Source: a virus
Taxonomy: Duplodnaviria; Caudoviricetes
Length of the DNA stretch: 58,734 nucleotides
Reading direction: 5' to 3' (one strand)
IMG/VR virus record: IMGVR_UViG_3300005526_000001
Coordinates: 1 to 58,734 of that record
Shown: in pieces, positions 1 through 8,676 of the stretch
Numbering within the stretch: position 1 is the first letter of the stretch
Layout: each line of letters opens with the position of its first letter
Made by a program: the position numbers and the translations under genes
The notes under the pieces: generated by a model
The model's input: only the letters and a program-made list of their open reading frames with translations
The model's database searches: none
Told to the model about the DNA's origin: nothing

Positions 1-40
1 TTGAAGCCCTGTGCTACGTTCTTCGGATCTTTCCCTGCGA
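1..40. repeat. Terminal direct repeat copy 1 (assembly overlap, circular genome)
   Basis: TTGAAGCCCTGTGCTACGTTCTTCGGATCTTTCCCTGCGA is identical to 58695-58734. Confidence 0.97.
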
Positions 41-182
41 GATTACCCTGCGAGAGATCGACCTCTTCACCAACGTTCTCGCCAGTGATGAAGTCGATGA
101 GGTAATCCTTGTAGTCTCCGCGAGTCTTGGCAGAAGCGAGGAGGGTACCGATCTGACTCATATCAAGTGCGCGTCCAGCCAA
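1..182 (-). CDS. 5' part of a 144-aa hypothetical protein that spans the circular junction (continues in 58442-58694)
   Basis: AAGGAGAG RBS then TTG at 182; MAGRALDMSQIGTLL...VAQGFN runs in frame into MARKKML of ORF 58442..58693. Confidence 0.9.
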   Translation of the reverse strand, partial: MAGRALDMSQIGTLLASAKTRGDYKDYLIDFITGENVGEEVDLSQGNLAGKDPKNVAQGF

Positions 183-183
183 T

Positions 184-648
184 TTACTGCTCTCCTTTGG
201 TTGTACTGCTTGGGTTATATGAAGCGGTTTGTGTTTCTACAAACCTTTCGAGTGTTGCGATCCTGTTTTCGAAGTTCGCTAGTGCGTCTATAAGATTTAG
301 ACCTCCTATCTGTTTTTGCATGTCCCTCACCTCTTGCCGTAGCATATCAAGGGACGGGCCGGTTGTCAAGCTTGGATCGCGAGACTTTACAAAGCCGTCC
401 TGCCAGACCTCGGGAGTCGGCGGCCGAACTAGCCGAACGATGGACTGACGATCGCCGCCGCTTCCCCTCGCTAGTAGCTCTACGCATTCTAACTTGCGTA
501 GTGCGTTCATTGCTCTGTTATAGCCACCAGCGGGAATGCCTAAAGACGTGCAAGTCTCTACTATCTTACCTACCCATAAATTATTTTCGTTAGCTTCTTC
601 CTCCATTCTTGCGTAAAGTGCTCCGGCGTAAGCTTGAGTCTTTGTCAT
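184..648 (-). CDS. Probable winged-helix DNA-binding protein with C-terminal coiled coil
   Basis: Start moved to the ATG at 648 (ATGA overlap with upstream stop); IVETCTSLGIPAGGYNRAMNALRKLECVELL resembles a wHTH. Confidence 0.55.
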   Translation of the reverse strand: MTKTQAYAGALYARMEEEANENNLWVGKIVETCTSLGIPAGGYNRAMNALRKLECVELLARGSGGDRQSIVRLVRPPTPEVWQDGFVKSRDPSLTTGPSLDMLRQEVRDMQKQIGGLNLIDALANFENRIATLERFVETQTASYNPSSTTKGEQ

Positions 649-956
649 CTGAGATAGCCTGCCAGATAACAGTAGCGACAAATCCATTGGCCTTTTACTT
701 CAACGACAATCATAGTACCACGATCATTAGATGTTCGTGTATGATCCTCGCAATTAGGATTCCAACAGGCTCTATCGCCTGGAGCATTTTGTCTATGTTC
801 ACAACTTGGCATACAGAGATGATGAGACAACTTGAACCAGTTAGTTACGATTCGAGTGTCTAACAACTCGAGTTTCTTACTTGGTCCTCTTGTTGGTTTT
901 TCAGCTTCCTGCTTTAGAAGCTGATTGATTTGATCTGGTGATAGTGGCTTTGGCAT
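645..956 (-). CDS. Cys/His-rich (Zn-binding) hypothetical protein
   Basis: CxxxC, CxxxxC and CRYC motifs; coupled to its neighbours. Confidence 0.7.
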   Translation of the reverse strand: MPKPLSPDQINQLLKQEAEKPTRGPSKKLELLDTRIVTNWFKLSHHLCMPSCEHRQNAPGDRACWNPNCEDHTRTSNDRGTMIVVEVKGQWICRYCYLAGYLR

Positions 957-1261
957 TACAGAAGTCCATGCAGCTTATCAACATTGAAGTAACCGCATGG
1001 GACGAATATACCATCTTTCACCGGACTAACGAATACTGCGTTGTTGAACTTAGTTTTATATCTGATCTTGAACTTGGTACCATTCAACTGAACTGTAGAT
1101 TGTTTCTTATCCACAGCTTCAGCTAACGTTTTCATGTCTTGTGGTTCGGGCCACCTTTTTACATGAGTTTCGTTTGCAATCTGATTCATTGCAGACTTCA
1201 ACTCTTGTGTCGATAGTGGTCTACCCGGCAAGTCTATCCACTCCTTCTGTTGTACCTCCAT
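956..1261 (-). CDS. Hypothetical protein
   Basis: 101-aa ORF, TAATG-coupled to the downstream gene. Confidence 0.7.
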   Translation of the reverse strand: MEVQQKEWIDLPGRPLSTQELKSAMNQIANETHVKRWPEPQDMKTLAEAVDKKQSTVQLNGTKFKIRYKTKFNNAVFVSPVKDGIFVPCGYFNVDKLHGLL

Positions 1262-1841
1262 TTAATTCCTGTTCGAGCTTAGGTCTGTCAAAGTACACGG
1301 TTACAAGTCCTGCGTTCATTGCAATAGAAATGTAACCGTCGGTCTTTTCGATACCGTACTTCTCTTTCAGACCTGTGAAGATTCTTTCTTCACGTTCTTG
1401 TCGTTCGCGTTCGATACGCTCTCGTTCTTCACGCTCTATGCGCTCACGTTCTTCACGCACCAAACGTTCTTTCTCTTCACGTTCGGCACGTTGTTTTCTA
1501 CGCTCTTCGTATTTTCGTTCCCACTCTTCTTGCTGCTTTTTGTAGATGATTTCCTTACGTTCGTGTTCGTCTGCGTATTCTTCCCACAGAGTAACTACAT
1601 CGCGAGCACGAACTGATCTTATACGAGGATTACCGTCTAGGTCGAGCTTGAACTCACCAGTTTCTGGCTCAAGATCAAACCCTTCCGCATAGCCAGTATC
1701 TTTCGTATTACCGTACTCGCGTTGAGAAAACGTGCGAATTACTTTCAGACGATAAAAACCTGATCGTCTGTAGTTCTCGCCTCTTCCTCTCTGTGAGATC
1801 CAGGCGTAGTCCTCTCCTTCATGTATCTGGTTTAGATTCAT
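1221..1841 (-). CDS. Hypothetical protein with long E/R/K-rich helix
   Basis: 206 aa; EERRKQRAEREEKERLVREERERIER segment typical of a single alpha-helix or coiled coil. Confidence 0.75.
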   Translation of the reverse strand: MNLNQIHEGEDYAWISQRGRGENYRRSGFYRLKVIRTFSQREYGNTKDTGYAEGFDLEPETGEFKLDLDGNPRIRSVRARDVVTLWEEYADEHERKEIIYKKQQEEWERKYEERRKQRAEREEKERLVREERERIEREERERIERERQEREERIFTGLKEKYGIEKTDGYISIAMNAGLVTVYFDRPKLEQELNGGTTEGVDRLAG

Positions 1842-1842
1842 A

Positions 1843-2007
1843 CTACCGTTCCAGTCTGACTACGATCTTCCCATCCTCGTATTGAACGTTGGTTACTTGC
1901 AACTCAACTGGTGCAAACGAGTTAGCCTCGTTGTACAGAAGAGTTACTGCTTCTACTCCGTGTTCGTCCACTTGTGCAATAAGCTCTTCAAAATCATCCT
2001 CGTTCAT
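1843..2007 (-). CDS. Small acidic hypothetical protein (54 aa, not in ORF track)
   Basis: MNEDDFEELIAQVDEHGVEAVTLLY...; AAAGG upstream; fills the operon gap. Confidence 0.7.
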   Translation of the reverse strand: MNEDDFEELIAQVDEHGVEAVTLLYNEANSFAPVELQVTNVQYEDGKIVVRLER

Positions 2008-2212
2008 CCTTTATCCCTTCATCGTCGAAGAACCACGCTACTGTATTGCCTAGTGCAGTACCAATTATCTGCACGTCTGGCTTTTCCTGATGCAAGAGCA
2101 ACTGACTTGCAATCTCAGCTGCCCCCGTAATCCTACCAATCCTGTATGGAAATGTAGGATCTTCGATCATCTTGTAGAACTCCTTCGGCTTGCGCTTTTC
2201 AAACAACCGCAT
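1994..2212 (-). CDS. Hypothetical protein
   Basis: ATG at 2212 overlaps upstream stop (TAATG). Confidence 0.7.
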   Translation of the reverse strand: MRLFEKRKPKEFYKMIEDPTFPYRIGRITGAAEIASQLLLHQEKPDVQIIGTALGNTVAWFFDDEGIKDERG

Positions 2213-2394
2213 TACCCTCCCATCCCACATGCGTACATGAATTTTTCCCTGTCGAAACTTGGATTGTCATGCTTGAAGTACACCGCGAGCTTAAACGCTA
2301 TTGTCTCCGTAGTAATCTTAGACTCGGCGTTGCCCTTAGCGTGCTCCTGTGCGATTATTTCTGCGATTGCTTCGTAATGTTGTGCGGTTAGCAT
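2212..2394 (-). CDS. Small phage hypothetical protein
   Basis: AGAAAGGAGGT RBS; HYEAIAEII...DNPSFDREKFMYACG is a recurrent small phage motif. Confidence 0.8.
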   Translation of the reverse strand: MLTAQHYEAIAEIIAQEHAKGNAESKITTETIAFKLAVYFKHDNPSFDREKFMYACGMGG

Positions 2395-2478
2395 TGACCT
2401 CCTTTCTAAACACCGAATTACACCCTTGCAAGCTGTTACACTTGCAAGAGTCTAACTCTGTGCGCGCGCAACTAGGTA

Positions 2479-2649
2479 TTAACCACGCTCGATCTTGATG
2501 ATCTCATCGTCGCTCTGAATGTCCTCAAGCTTTGCCTGTTTTTCCGCATGACCAAAACTATCAGCCATGTAGAATACTGACCAGCATGAAACTAAATCGC
2601 TGGTATCTTTATTACGGAAGGTGACTTCGTACTGCTCAAGTTCCGGCAT
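2479..2649 (-). CDS. Small hypothetical protein (56 aa, not in ORF track)
   Basis: MPELEQYEVTFRNKD...IIKIERG; GAAGGAG RBS inside upstream gene end. Confidence 0.7.
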   Translation of the reverse strand: MPELEQYEVTFRNKDTSDLVSCWSVFYMADSFGHAEKQAKLEDIQSDDEIIKIERG

Positions 2650-2651
2650 TA

Positions 2652-3512
2652 TTACTCTCCTTCGTGTACTGGTCTACCTTTCCACGGTGCGCCAACTGGA
2701 CCTTTGATGTACGGTTTTACCCACGTTCGTGCTCCGTTGTCATAATGACGCCAGTGACCACAAACGAGGAATCTAACTTTGTAGTGCCAACCGCCGTAAC
2801 CCTCTTGATCGCCCGCTTGCCCTAGTTTTACGCGATACACAGCAGGCGGCTCAATGTGATACTTACGTTTGAATGCCCTGCGTTGCGGTCTACCTAGATC
2901 AAGCTTTTCTTTCGGTGCATTTTTCGCGGTTATGACGTGAATACACTGGATTGTGTACTTGGCAAACGTTCGTGTTATCTCCTTCACATCAGTCTCGTTT
3001 GCTTCTCTGATTAGATCAGTGAGACGATTTGGAAAAAGCATTACCAATTCGCCATTTCTGTTATCAACTTGAAAGAGCCAGGGATGATACCCGTTCTTAC
3101 CCTCAAGCACGAAACAAACGTTCCATTTTATGCCAGCTTCTACTTCTAACACAACAATGAGACTTAAATCTATAAGCTCATCATGTGGTGGCTTTTCAGT
3201 TTTCCATGCCATAACGACAGGCTCACCGTCCTTGGTTCCCTCGATAACTAGTCGAGGGAACGGAAGCGGCGGAAGTTCTAGTGGCATATCACGAATCATA
3301 TCCCAATCAGGCATCATATATTCATCTTCGAGAATATAGATCGCGCCCGTTCGGATAATCGTTTTTGTCCACGTTCCCATTTCCTCATCGGTGTATTCTT
3401 CACGTCCGAATTGAAATGGTATTGCATGAGTAAGAGCGATCGTAGTTGTAGTCTCGTCAGCTTTCAGACGCTCGCCTAGTACGCGCTCACTCATAAGCTC
3501 AATGTACTTCAT
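2652..3512 (-). CDS. Phage hypothetical protein with C-terminal V(R/C)GHWR motif
   Basis: AGAAAGGAGGTGA RBS; FLVCGHWRHYDNGARTWVKPYIKG motif common in phage early proteins. Confidence 0.85.
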   Translation of the reverse strand: MKYIELMSERVLGERLKADETTTTIALTHAIPFQFGREEYTDEEMGTWTKTIIRTGAIYILEDEYMMPDWDMIRDMPLELPPLPFPRLVIEGTKDGEPVVMAWKTEKPPHDELIDLSLIVVLEVEAGIKWNVCFVLEGKNGYHPWLFQVDNRNGELVMLFPNRLTDLIREANETDVKEITRTFAKYTIQCIHVITAKNAPKEKLDLGRPQRRAFKRKYHIEPPAVYRVKLGQAGDQEGYGGWHYKVRFLVCGHWRHYDNGARTWVKPYIKGPVGAPWKGRPVHEGE

Positions 3513-3633
3513 AATCTGTCACCTCCTTTCTAGGGTTAGTGAGCTAGTGAATAACGCTTAATCACTCAGCCATGAACATGGCAAAGGAAGCTCATATCCA
3601 CTAGCTCACTAGCCCTAGAAGGGCTAGTTACTA

Positions 3634-3951
3634 CTACGCTTCAAAGATGCGTCTGATGTGTTGTTGGAGTGGACTAGGCTCCGAGCGGTTTTCGTAGTCC
3701 ATTTGAAGCTTACGCACAAATTCGTCGGTGATATGCGCGAACGGCTGCAATACTTCTTGCAGCTTCTCTACGGTCGGAACTTCTTTACCGACGTATCCGA
3801 CCATAAAGACGAGTTGTTTGTCCTCTTCGTCATCCTCTGACAGTTCGATGGAATTGTCCCATACCTGTGCAAAGAATGTTTCAAGGGGATCATCCCAACC
3901 AACGATGATAGTGTGGTCGGGATTTAGCGGTTGAACTGAGTGTCTACTCAT
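3634..3951 (-). CDS. Hypothetical protein
   Basis: VGWDxPLxTFFAQV motif; overlaps upstream gene. Confidence 0.8.
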   Translation of the reverse strand: MSRHSVQPLNPDHTIIVGWDDPLETFFAQVWDNSIELSEDDEEDKQLVFMVGYVGKEVPTVEKLQEVLQPFAHITDEFVRKLQMDYENRSEPSPLQQHIRRIFEA

Positions 3952-4207
3952 CGTGCTTCCTGATAGTTACCGCGCAGTTCACACTCACTTGACCCGTAAG
4001 CATTTCATCGAGCCAAGTCATATCTGTGTCAACTTCGACACCCTTGCGGAGCGTGATAACTACACCTTCGATGTTGAACGAGATACGATACCCGTCGTCT
4101 GAGAGGAACTGCTTAATCCCCTCTTTGGCATCTTCGGCGTAGTACGTTTGTCCGTCGGCTGTACGAATATAAGTCTCGTACACGTCTGCCGGTGATTGTC
4201 TACTCAT
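3944..4207 (-). CDS. Hypothetical protein
   Basis: AGAAAGGAGG RBS. Confidence 0.8.
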   Translation of the reverse strand: MSRQSPADVYETYIRTADGQTYYAEDAKEGIKQFLSDDGYRISFNIEGVVITLRKGVEVDTDMTWLDEMLTGQVSVNCAVTIRKHDE

Positions 4208-4266
4208 CTAACCCTCCTTTCTAGTAGTTGCCAGAGCAAGGCTAGTGACTAGCCCTGCTTTTGCTA

Positions 4267-4476
4267 CTACTTCGTTAGCCTTTTGTACTGCGCGTGTGCT
4301 TCCGCTGTCCCATGATTGTATGCGGTTAGAACAATCATGTACGCAACGGTGTTCTCTTTGATGATGATTTGATACACGAACTCTACGTGTTCGATGACGT
4401 TTTCGTCTGACTGATCGGGAAATCTATCGGCGTACTCTACCGCCGCTTCGATCAGATCCCTAGGCGTTATTCGCAC
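4267..4476 (-). CDS. Hypothetical protein
   Basis: Probable GTG start at 4476 near upstream stop; start uncertain. Confidence 0.6.
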   Translation of the reverse strand: MRITPRDLIEAAVEYADRFPDQSDENVIEHVEFVYQIIIKENTVAYMIVLTAYNHGTAEAHAQYKRLTK

Positions 4477-4594
4477 GACGGTATGCCCTTGTGCGCTCGA
4501 CAGGAGTACGAGCGTTACGCTCTTCTGCCTCTTCACGCTTGCGTGCTTTCTTCGCCGCAAGAATGCCCTTGTTGTGACCTGTCTTGTGTGGCAT
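4460..4594 (-). CDS. Small basic protein (44 aa)
   Basis: GGGGAG RBS then MPHKTGHNKGILAAKKARKREEAEERNART. Confidence 0.65.
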   Translation of the reverse strand: MPHKTGHNKGILAAKKARKREEAEERNARTPVERTRAYRRANNA

Positions 4595-4596
4595 AT

Positions 4597-4836
4597 TCAC
4601 TCCCCGTCGATAAATATTACCGTTAGTACTGCTCTTAAACGACGAGCTGAGTACTTGCGGCGAGGCCACTTGACCGTCTCAGAGAACACTTGACTGTCTC
4701 TGTCGTACTTACGATGCGAAAGAATGATAGCTGCTTTACGCAGAATCTCATTCTCAGCAGCTTTTTCTTGTTGTTCTCTGACGATCTCCGTTAGTGCAGC
4801 TTGAAGCTCTGGATCAGTATTGCTCAACCTTCTCAC
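4597..4836 (-). CDS. Hypothetical protein
   Basis: GTGA overlap with upstream gene. Confidence 0.7.
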   Translation of the reverse strand: MRRLSNTDPELQAALTEIVREQQEKAAENEILRKAAIILSHRKYDRDSQVFSETVKWPRRKYSARRLRAVLTVIFIDGE

Positions 4837-5018
4837 ACCTTTAGTTTGAGTCCTAGTGAATAGGCGATTTGTAGAACCGCCGCTTGATAGCCGTTGGCAT
4901 ACATTTTACCACCCGGTTCACCCTGTTGTCGATTGGGTGAACGTAGGTAAAATGATCTGTCCAAACCGGCTTGTAGAGCTTTCTGAACTTTGTCCGTTGG
5001 AAGTGTCTTAGTCGTCAA
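4833..5018 (-). CDS. Hypothetical protein
   Basis: Overlap-coupled ORF. Confidence 0.6.
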   Translation of the reverse strand: MTTKTLPTDKVQKALQAGLDRSFYLRSPNRQQGEPGGKMYANGYQAAVLQIAYSLGLKLKV

Positions 5019-5646
5019 CTTCTTCTGCCTCCTTCATCAACAAGGCAATGTCTTCTGGCGTTAGTGCGATTGCGTAGTACCTGCGAAGTCTTGGCCCGCA
5101 GATAGGGCCAATTCCTGCCAAACGACTATCACGGTTTGTGAGTGTTCGGCCACAAACTCCGCAACGTCCTAGCCTTATGCCATAAGCATTTGTTGCGGTA
5201 ATAGGATCTTTCGCGATTTCGGCTAGGATTGCTTCACGGTGTTGACGGTTCTTGACGGGGTAAAAATAATCGCTCGCCTGAACATCGATGAACGTATACC
5301 CCTTCCACTTGCCTTGCTGCGGTTTGTTTATTCGGTAGAACTTCTCAACACCGTCTGTCGGGTCTACGATGAAGTAGTACCCTTGTGGTACTTCCTTAGT
5401 TGCAGGCTTGTCATTAGTTGCATCTGCAACTTGCGCTGTACCGTTTTCGCAAGGCGGCACAGGCGGGGTGTTTGGGCAAGTCTTAAGGACCGTAATTGCG
5501 TTGCTCGCCTGATCTTTGCTCATGGCCCAAAAAGTCTTAGGCTCACGCAGCAAATATTCCCGCTGCGCGGTAGGCAAAGAAGAAAGATCCTTTTCGTCTA
5601 CCAATTGCACTAGTAGACCAAACTGTAGTTCTGTGATCTTACTCAT
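5008..5646 (-). CDS. DUF6011-like Zn-finger protein
   Basis: YGIRLGRCGVCGRTLTNRDSRLAGIGPIC fits the CxxCGRxLT...GIGPxC pattern; strong RBS. Confidence 0.8.
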   Translation of the reverse strand: MSKITELQFGLLVQLVDEKDLSSLPTAQREYLLREPKTFWAMSKDQASNAITVLKTCPNTPPVPPCENGTAQVADATNDKPATKEVPQGYYFIVDPTDGVEKFYRINKPQQGKWKGYTFIDVQASDYFYPVKNRQHREAILAEIAKDPITATNAYGIRLGRCGVCGRTLTNRDSRLAGIGPICGPRLRRYYAIALTPEDIALLMKEAEEVDD

Positions 5647-5749
5647 TTAGTAACCTCCTTTCTCACAAATGAGCTAGTAGAGAGTTAGAGCCTGCATACT
5701 CGTTTACTGCTTGCACTCTAACTCTCTACTAGCCCTTTGTAGGGCTAGT

Positions 5750-6112
5750 TTATCTCCATTGAAGAGTTGTTTCTGTTATGTCCACACTTGTGTAGTGGTA
5801 CTCGCCGTCCTGATCTCTGTACTCAAAATTGTGCGGTTCTCCACAGCAAGTGCAGCCAATCTCCGAGGGATCTTTTCCTGTTATCTCTTGCCATTCGCGG
5901 ATTCCCTCTTGTGGTGTTTCAAACTGCTTGGACGCTCTGGTGGCAAGTGCTCCCAACCATCTTCCGTCAGATGATGGTTTACCCAAGTAAACGTTCTCGG
6001 GATCAGATTGCCACTTTACGTCCCAATTAGCAGCAGCAAGCTTGTGCCAGTCATCATCACTAAGCCACCAGCTGCCACCGCTGTTATTAGAACGATATTC
6101 CAATGTAATCAA
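5750..6112 (-). CDS. Phage hypothetical protein
   Basis: AGAAAGGGGGTG RBS then TTG at 6112; SNNSGGSWWL and GCTCCGEPHNF motifs. Confidence 0.8.
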   Translation of the reverse strand: MITLEYRSNNSGGSWWLSDDDWHKLAAANWDVKWQSDPENVYLGKPSSDGRWLGALATRASKQFETPQEGIREWQEITGKDPSEIGCTCCGEPHNFEYRDQDGEYHYTSVDITETTLQWR

Positions 6113-6128
6113 TTTGTCCACCCCCTTT

Positions 6129-6272
6129 CTACTTACCTTTTTGCTTGCGTGTTCGCTTATCATGCTTCTGGTTGTCACTACGCATGTAAGCATCGCCGTT
6201 CGATGCCATCTTTATAACGATGTAGCCTCGTTCCTTAAAAACTGGTATGTCGTTGTAGTGAACGAGTCTCAT
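6129..6272 (-). CDS. Small basic hypothetical protein (47 aa, not in ORF track)
   Basis: MRLVHYNDIPVFKERG...; GGAAGGG upstream. Confidence 0.55.
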   Translation of the reverse strand: MRLVHYNDIPVFKERGYIVIKMASNGDAYMRSDNQKHDKRTRKQKGK

Positions 6273-6299
6273 GTTGCCCTTCCGTTCTGTTGGTGGACA

Positions 6300-6536
6300 C
6301 TACTTGACCTGCGTCGAAACTGGCAGTATCTCCTTCGTACCGTCTCTGCTTGTGTGTTCGTAGTACGTTAGTTGATACACCTTGACATAAGCATCTGCCT
6401 CTACGAACGAATCGAACACTTCATATTCAAGGCCAGTTACGCCTATGTAGCGTGATGGCTTATCGACCTTATTCGGTATATCAACGTCAAACTCCCACTT
6501 GCCGTTTACCAGCTTTGGTGTGAGTCTGTTTGTCAC
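6300..6536 (-). CDS. Hypothetical protein
   Basis: GTG at 6536 overlaps upstream TGA. Confidence 0.65.
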   Translation of the reverse strand: MTNRLTPKLVNGKWEFDVDIPNKVDKPSRYIGVTGLEYEVFDSFVEADAYVKVYQLTYYEHTSRDGTKEILPVSTQVK

Positions 6537-6679
6537 AGACTTGCAATCCCCGATATGATCGCAAGAACGCACAGGGCAAGTGCGATGAGGAAGAACGGCA
6601 GCAGAAACATGAAGCAACCAATGGTTGCAGACAGACGTGCAGCCGCTTTCAACACGGTGACTTTCTGTTCTGTGTTCAT
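6533..6679 (-). CDS. Small membrane protein (48 aa, not in ORF track)
   Basis: IGCFMFLLPFFLIALALCVLAIISG hydrophobic helix. Confidence 0.65.
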   Translation of the reverse strand: MNTEQKVTVLKAAARLSATIGCFMFLLPFFLIALALCVLAIISGIASL

Positions 6680-6680
6680 G

Positions 6681-6809
6681 TTACTTCATCATATCGCGCA
6701 GTTCCAAGTACTGTGCGATCTCTTTGAACATATTGTCGATGATGCTCTGCCAGAGCTTATTGCCTCTGGGCTGCATCGCCGCGAAACAAACTGCATTCCA
6801 ATCGGACAC
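6681..6809 (-). CDS. Small hypothetical protein (42 aa, not in ORF track)
   Basis: AAGGAG RBS, GTG start, MSDWNAVCFAAMQPRG... Confidence 0.6.
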   Translation of the reverse strand: MSDWNAVCFAAMQPRGNKLWQSIIDNMFKEIAQYLELRDMMK

Positions 6810-6820
6810 GGTTCACTCCT

Positions 6821-7030
6821 TTACCTAGCGAAAATACGCAGCCAATCGTCATAATGATCTTGTGAAGGGTTGTCGTAGATCGTATTCCTGAACATTGGAT
6901 ATGGGAATCTATCACTTTGGGTGATAAGGTCTGAATAACAGAAGATACGATCACCGTTGTCATAACACGCCCAAAATGCGACGTAGTTATGACAGCGGTG
7001 GTCTATCTCCGCGTGTGTGTAAGTTGGCAT
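6821..7030 (-). CDS. Hypothetical protein
   Basis: TAATG-coupled. Confidence 0.7.
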   Translation of the reverse strand: MPTYTHAEIDHRCHNYVAFWACYDNGDRIFCYSDLITQSDRFPYPMFRNTIYDNPSQDHYDDWLRIFAR

Positions 7031-7221
7031 TACTGCCGTTCTGGCGCGTTGTGTGCGAACCAGTTCTTCATGTAGTTTTGTGCATCCTCGAACGTCGATA
7101 TGTTCCTGATGATCGCGTAGTACTTTCTATTACGATCCACTACGATCATCTTATTGAGAGGTAGCCAGGTTGCGAGATAATCAGTCTCGCCGATCCTTTC
7201 TCTGATTGTAGTTCTAGTCAT
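7030..7221 (-). CDS. Hypothetical protein
   Basis: AAAGG RBS after an intergenic hairpin. Confidence 0.7.
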   Translation of the reverse strand: MTRTTIRERIGETDYLATWLPLNKMIVVDRNRKYYAIIRNISTFEDAQNYMKNWFAHNAPERQ

Positions 7222-7301
7222 TGTTACCTTTGCCTTTCGGTTGGGGTGAGTGAGCTAATGGTAGCCTCACTCACCCCTTTATTGCGGTTTGTGTTACGTG
7301 C

Positions 7302-7811
7302 TTACTGGTCTGCGATCTTGAGCAGGCTTACGTCGGTGCATTCCCACTCAACGACTTCCTTCTTGTATGCCGGTCTAACGTATTCCGGCACATCTTCGTA
7401 ACCGACGACCTTCTTCTCGCACACCGCTTCACGGTTGACCTTGTATGTAACGGTGTACGTCTTTGTCTCGTCGAGCGAAGTAACCTGAACGTCCAGTTGA
7501 AGCTCTCTTTCAGTCCAGTCCTTCGTCACAATCGCGTTCGACGCCCGTGCAACGAACTTGGCAACCTTGGCGATTGCCTGTCTTGACGCTTCAAGGTCTA
7601 GATCGTACTGCTGTGTCTCACTGTTCCAATGAGACACCGTTACGTCGATCCAGTCCTCAGTTGCGGTGTACGGCAACGGAATTCCGCCGAGGGTGTACGC
7701 CTGCATGTGCCATGCGTACAGTGTCTCGAATCGCTGCCTGTTCTCCTGAGCACGACTCACGAATGAATCGCGGTCAAGGTCAGTGGTGCTTGCTAGTTCG
7801 GTCATTTTCAA
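7302..7811 (-). CDS. Hypothetical protein
   Basis: AGAAAGGAGG RBS; C-terminal REAVCEKKVVG...VEWEC pattern. Confidence 0.8.
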   Translation of the reverse strand: MKMTELASTTDLDRDSFVSRAQENRQRFETLYAWHMQAYTLGGIPLPYTATEDWIDVTVSHWNSETQQYDLDLEASRQAIAKVAKFVARASNAIVTKDWTERELQLDVQVTSLDETKTYTVTYKVNREAVCEKKVVGYEDVPEYVRPAYKKEVVEWECTDVSLLKIADQ

Positions 7812-7872
7812 CCCTCCTTTCTATGACCAGTGGTTACGAATGCCTTATTGTTAAGTAAGGCACCCGTAACAA

Positions 7873-8097
7873 CTAGTTGTTGTACTCGGTGTTGTAGATA
7901 AGGGAAACTGCTTCGCGGAAGTTCAGGCCGTACTTGTTCGCGAAAGCCTTGATAGCGTCGTACAAGTTCTCTTCGACGTCGTGACTTACGATGCGGGTTG
8001 CCTCTCCCGCTTGTACCATCAGATCCGCGAACAGTTCCTTTCGCGTACTCAGGTTCGGTATGTCCATGTTCATACCGTGTCCACCCGACGAGTGCAT
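7873..8097 (-). CDS. Hypothetical protein
   Basis: AGAAAGGA RBS. Confidence 0.7.
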   Translation of the reverse strand: MHSSGGHGMNMDIPNLSTRKELFADLMVQAGEATRIVSHDVEENLYDAIKAFANKYGLNFREAVSLIYNTEYNN

Positions 8098-8164
8098 TTA
8101 CGTCCTTTCTTGCTAGGGGGCTAGTTTTACCACAACGCACAGGTGGGTGTGCGCTGTAGTAAAT

Positions 8165-8320
8165 CTAGCGGTTGTACTTGATGGTGTGGTAGCGCGCGTT
8201 CGCTTTTGCCGTAAACCCGCCGGTTTTGTTCGTCGTAGGGTGATCGGCATTACGCCGCAATGAACCTATTGCGCGTTCGCCGTCGTCGTCTTTGTAGACG
8301 AACGTGTACTTGAACTTCAC
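8165..8320 (-). CDS. Small hypothetical protein
   Basis: AAAGGAGGTGA RBS then GTG at 8320. Confidence 0.65.
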   Translation of the reverse strand: MKFKYTFVYKDDDGERAIGSLRRNADHPTTNKTGGFTAKANARYHTIKYNR

Positions 8321-8337
8321 GCGAGAGTCACCTCCCT

Positions 8338-8670
8338 TTAATGAGTCTTTGCATGACAGTTTCGACAAAGGAAACGTATGTTACTGCGGTGGTTGTTAAA
8401 CGTATCCTTATCGACGTGGTGTCTGTGTTTGGCCGGAGCCTTCTGACACTCTTCACAAGTGCCTAATACCGGGTACAACCCGTATGCCCTTTGCCTGCCT
8501 GTTTGCGGATCTAGCGGGTAAGGGTAAACAAGCTTTCCGAATTCTAAGCACTTCTGAAGAGTACCACGAAAGACCAAAGACGTGTTGTACGAATTACGTG
8601 CCTCAAACCCATACACTCCGTAATCGTCTAGTGTGGAAGAAAAGCAGACGATGGAGTACCTTTTGCGCAT
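8338..8670 (-). CDS. HNH endonuclease
   Basis: CEEC...HRHHVDKDTFNNHRSNIRFLCRNCH: H-N-H with Zn ligands. Confidence 0.85.
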   Translation of the reverse strand: MRKRYSIVCFSSTLDDYGVYGFEARNSYNTSLVFRGTLQKCLEFGKLVYPYPLDPQTGRQRAYGLYPVLGTCEECQKAPAKHRHHVDKDTFNNHRSNIRFLCRNCHAKTH

Positions 8671-8676
8671 CCTGAG

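Noticed and set aside
1-40. Biological terminal repeat or att site
   Set aside because: Falls mid-gene; best explained as assembler overlap
4468-4470. ATA start codons at 4470 and 57540 (both giving MTPxD)
   Set aside because: In-frame GTG (4476) and ATG (57579) alternatives exist
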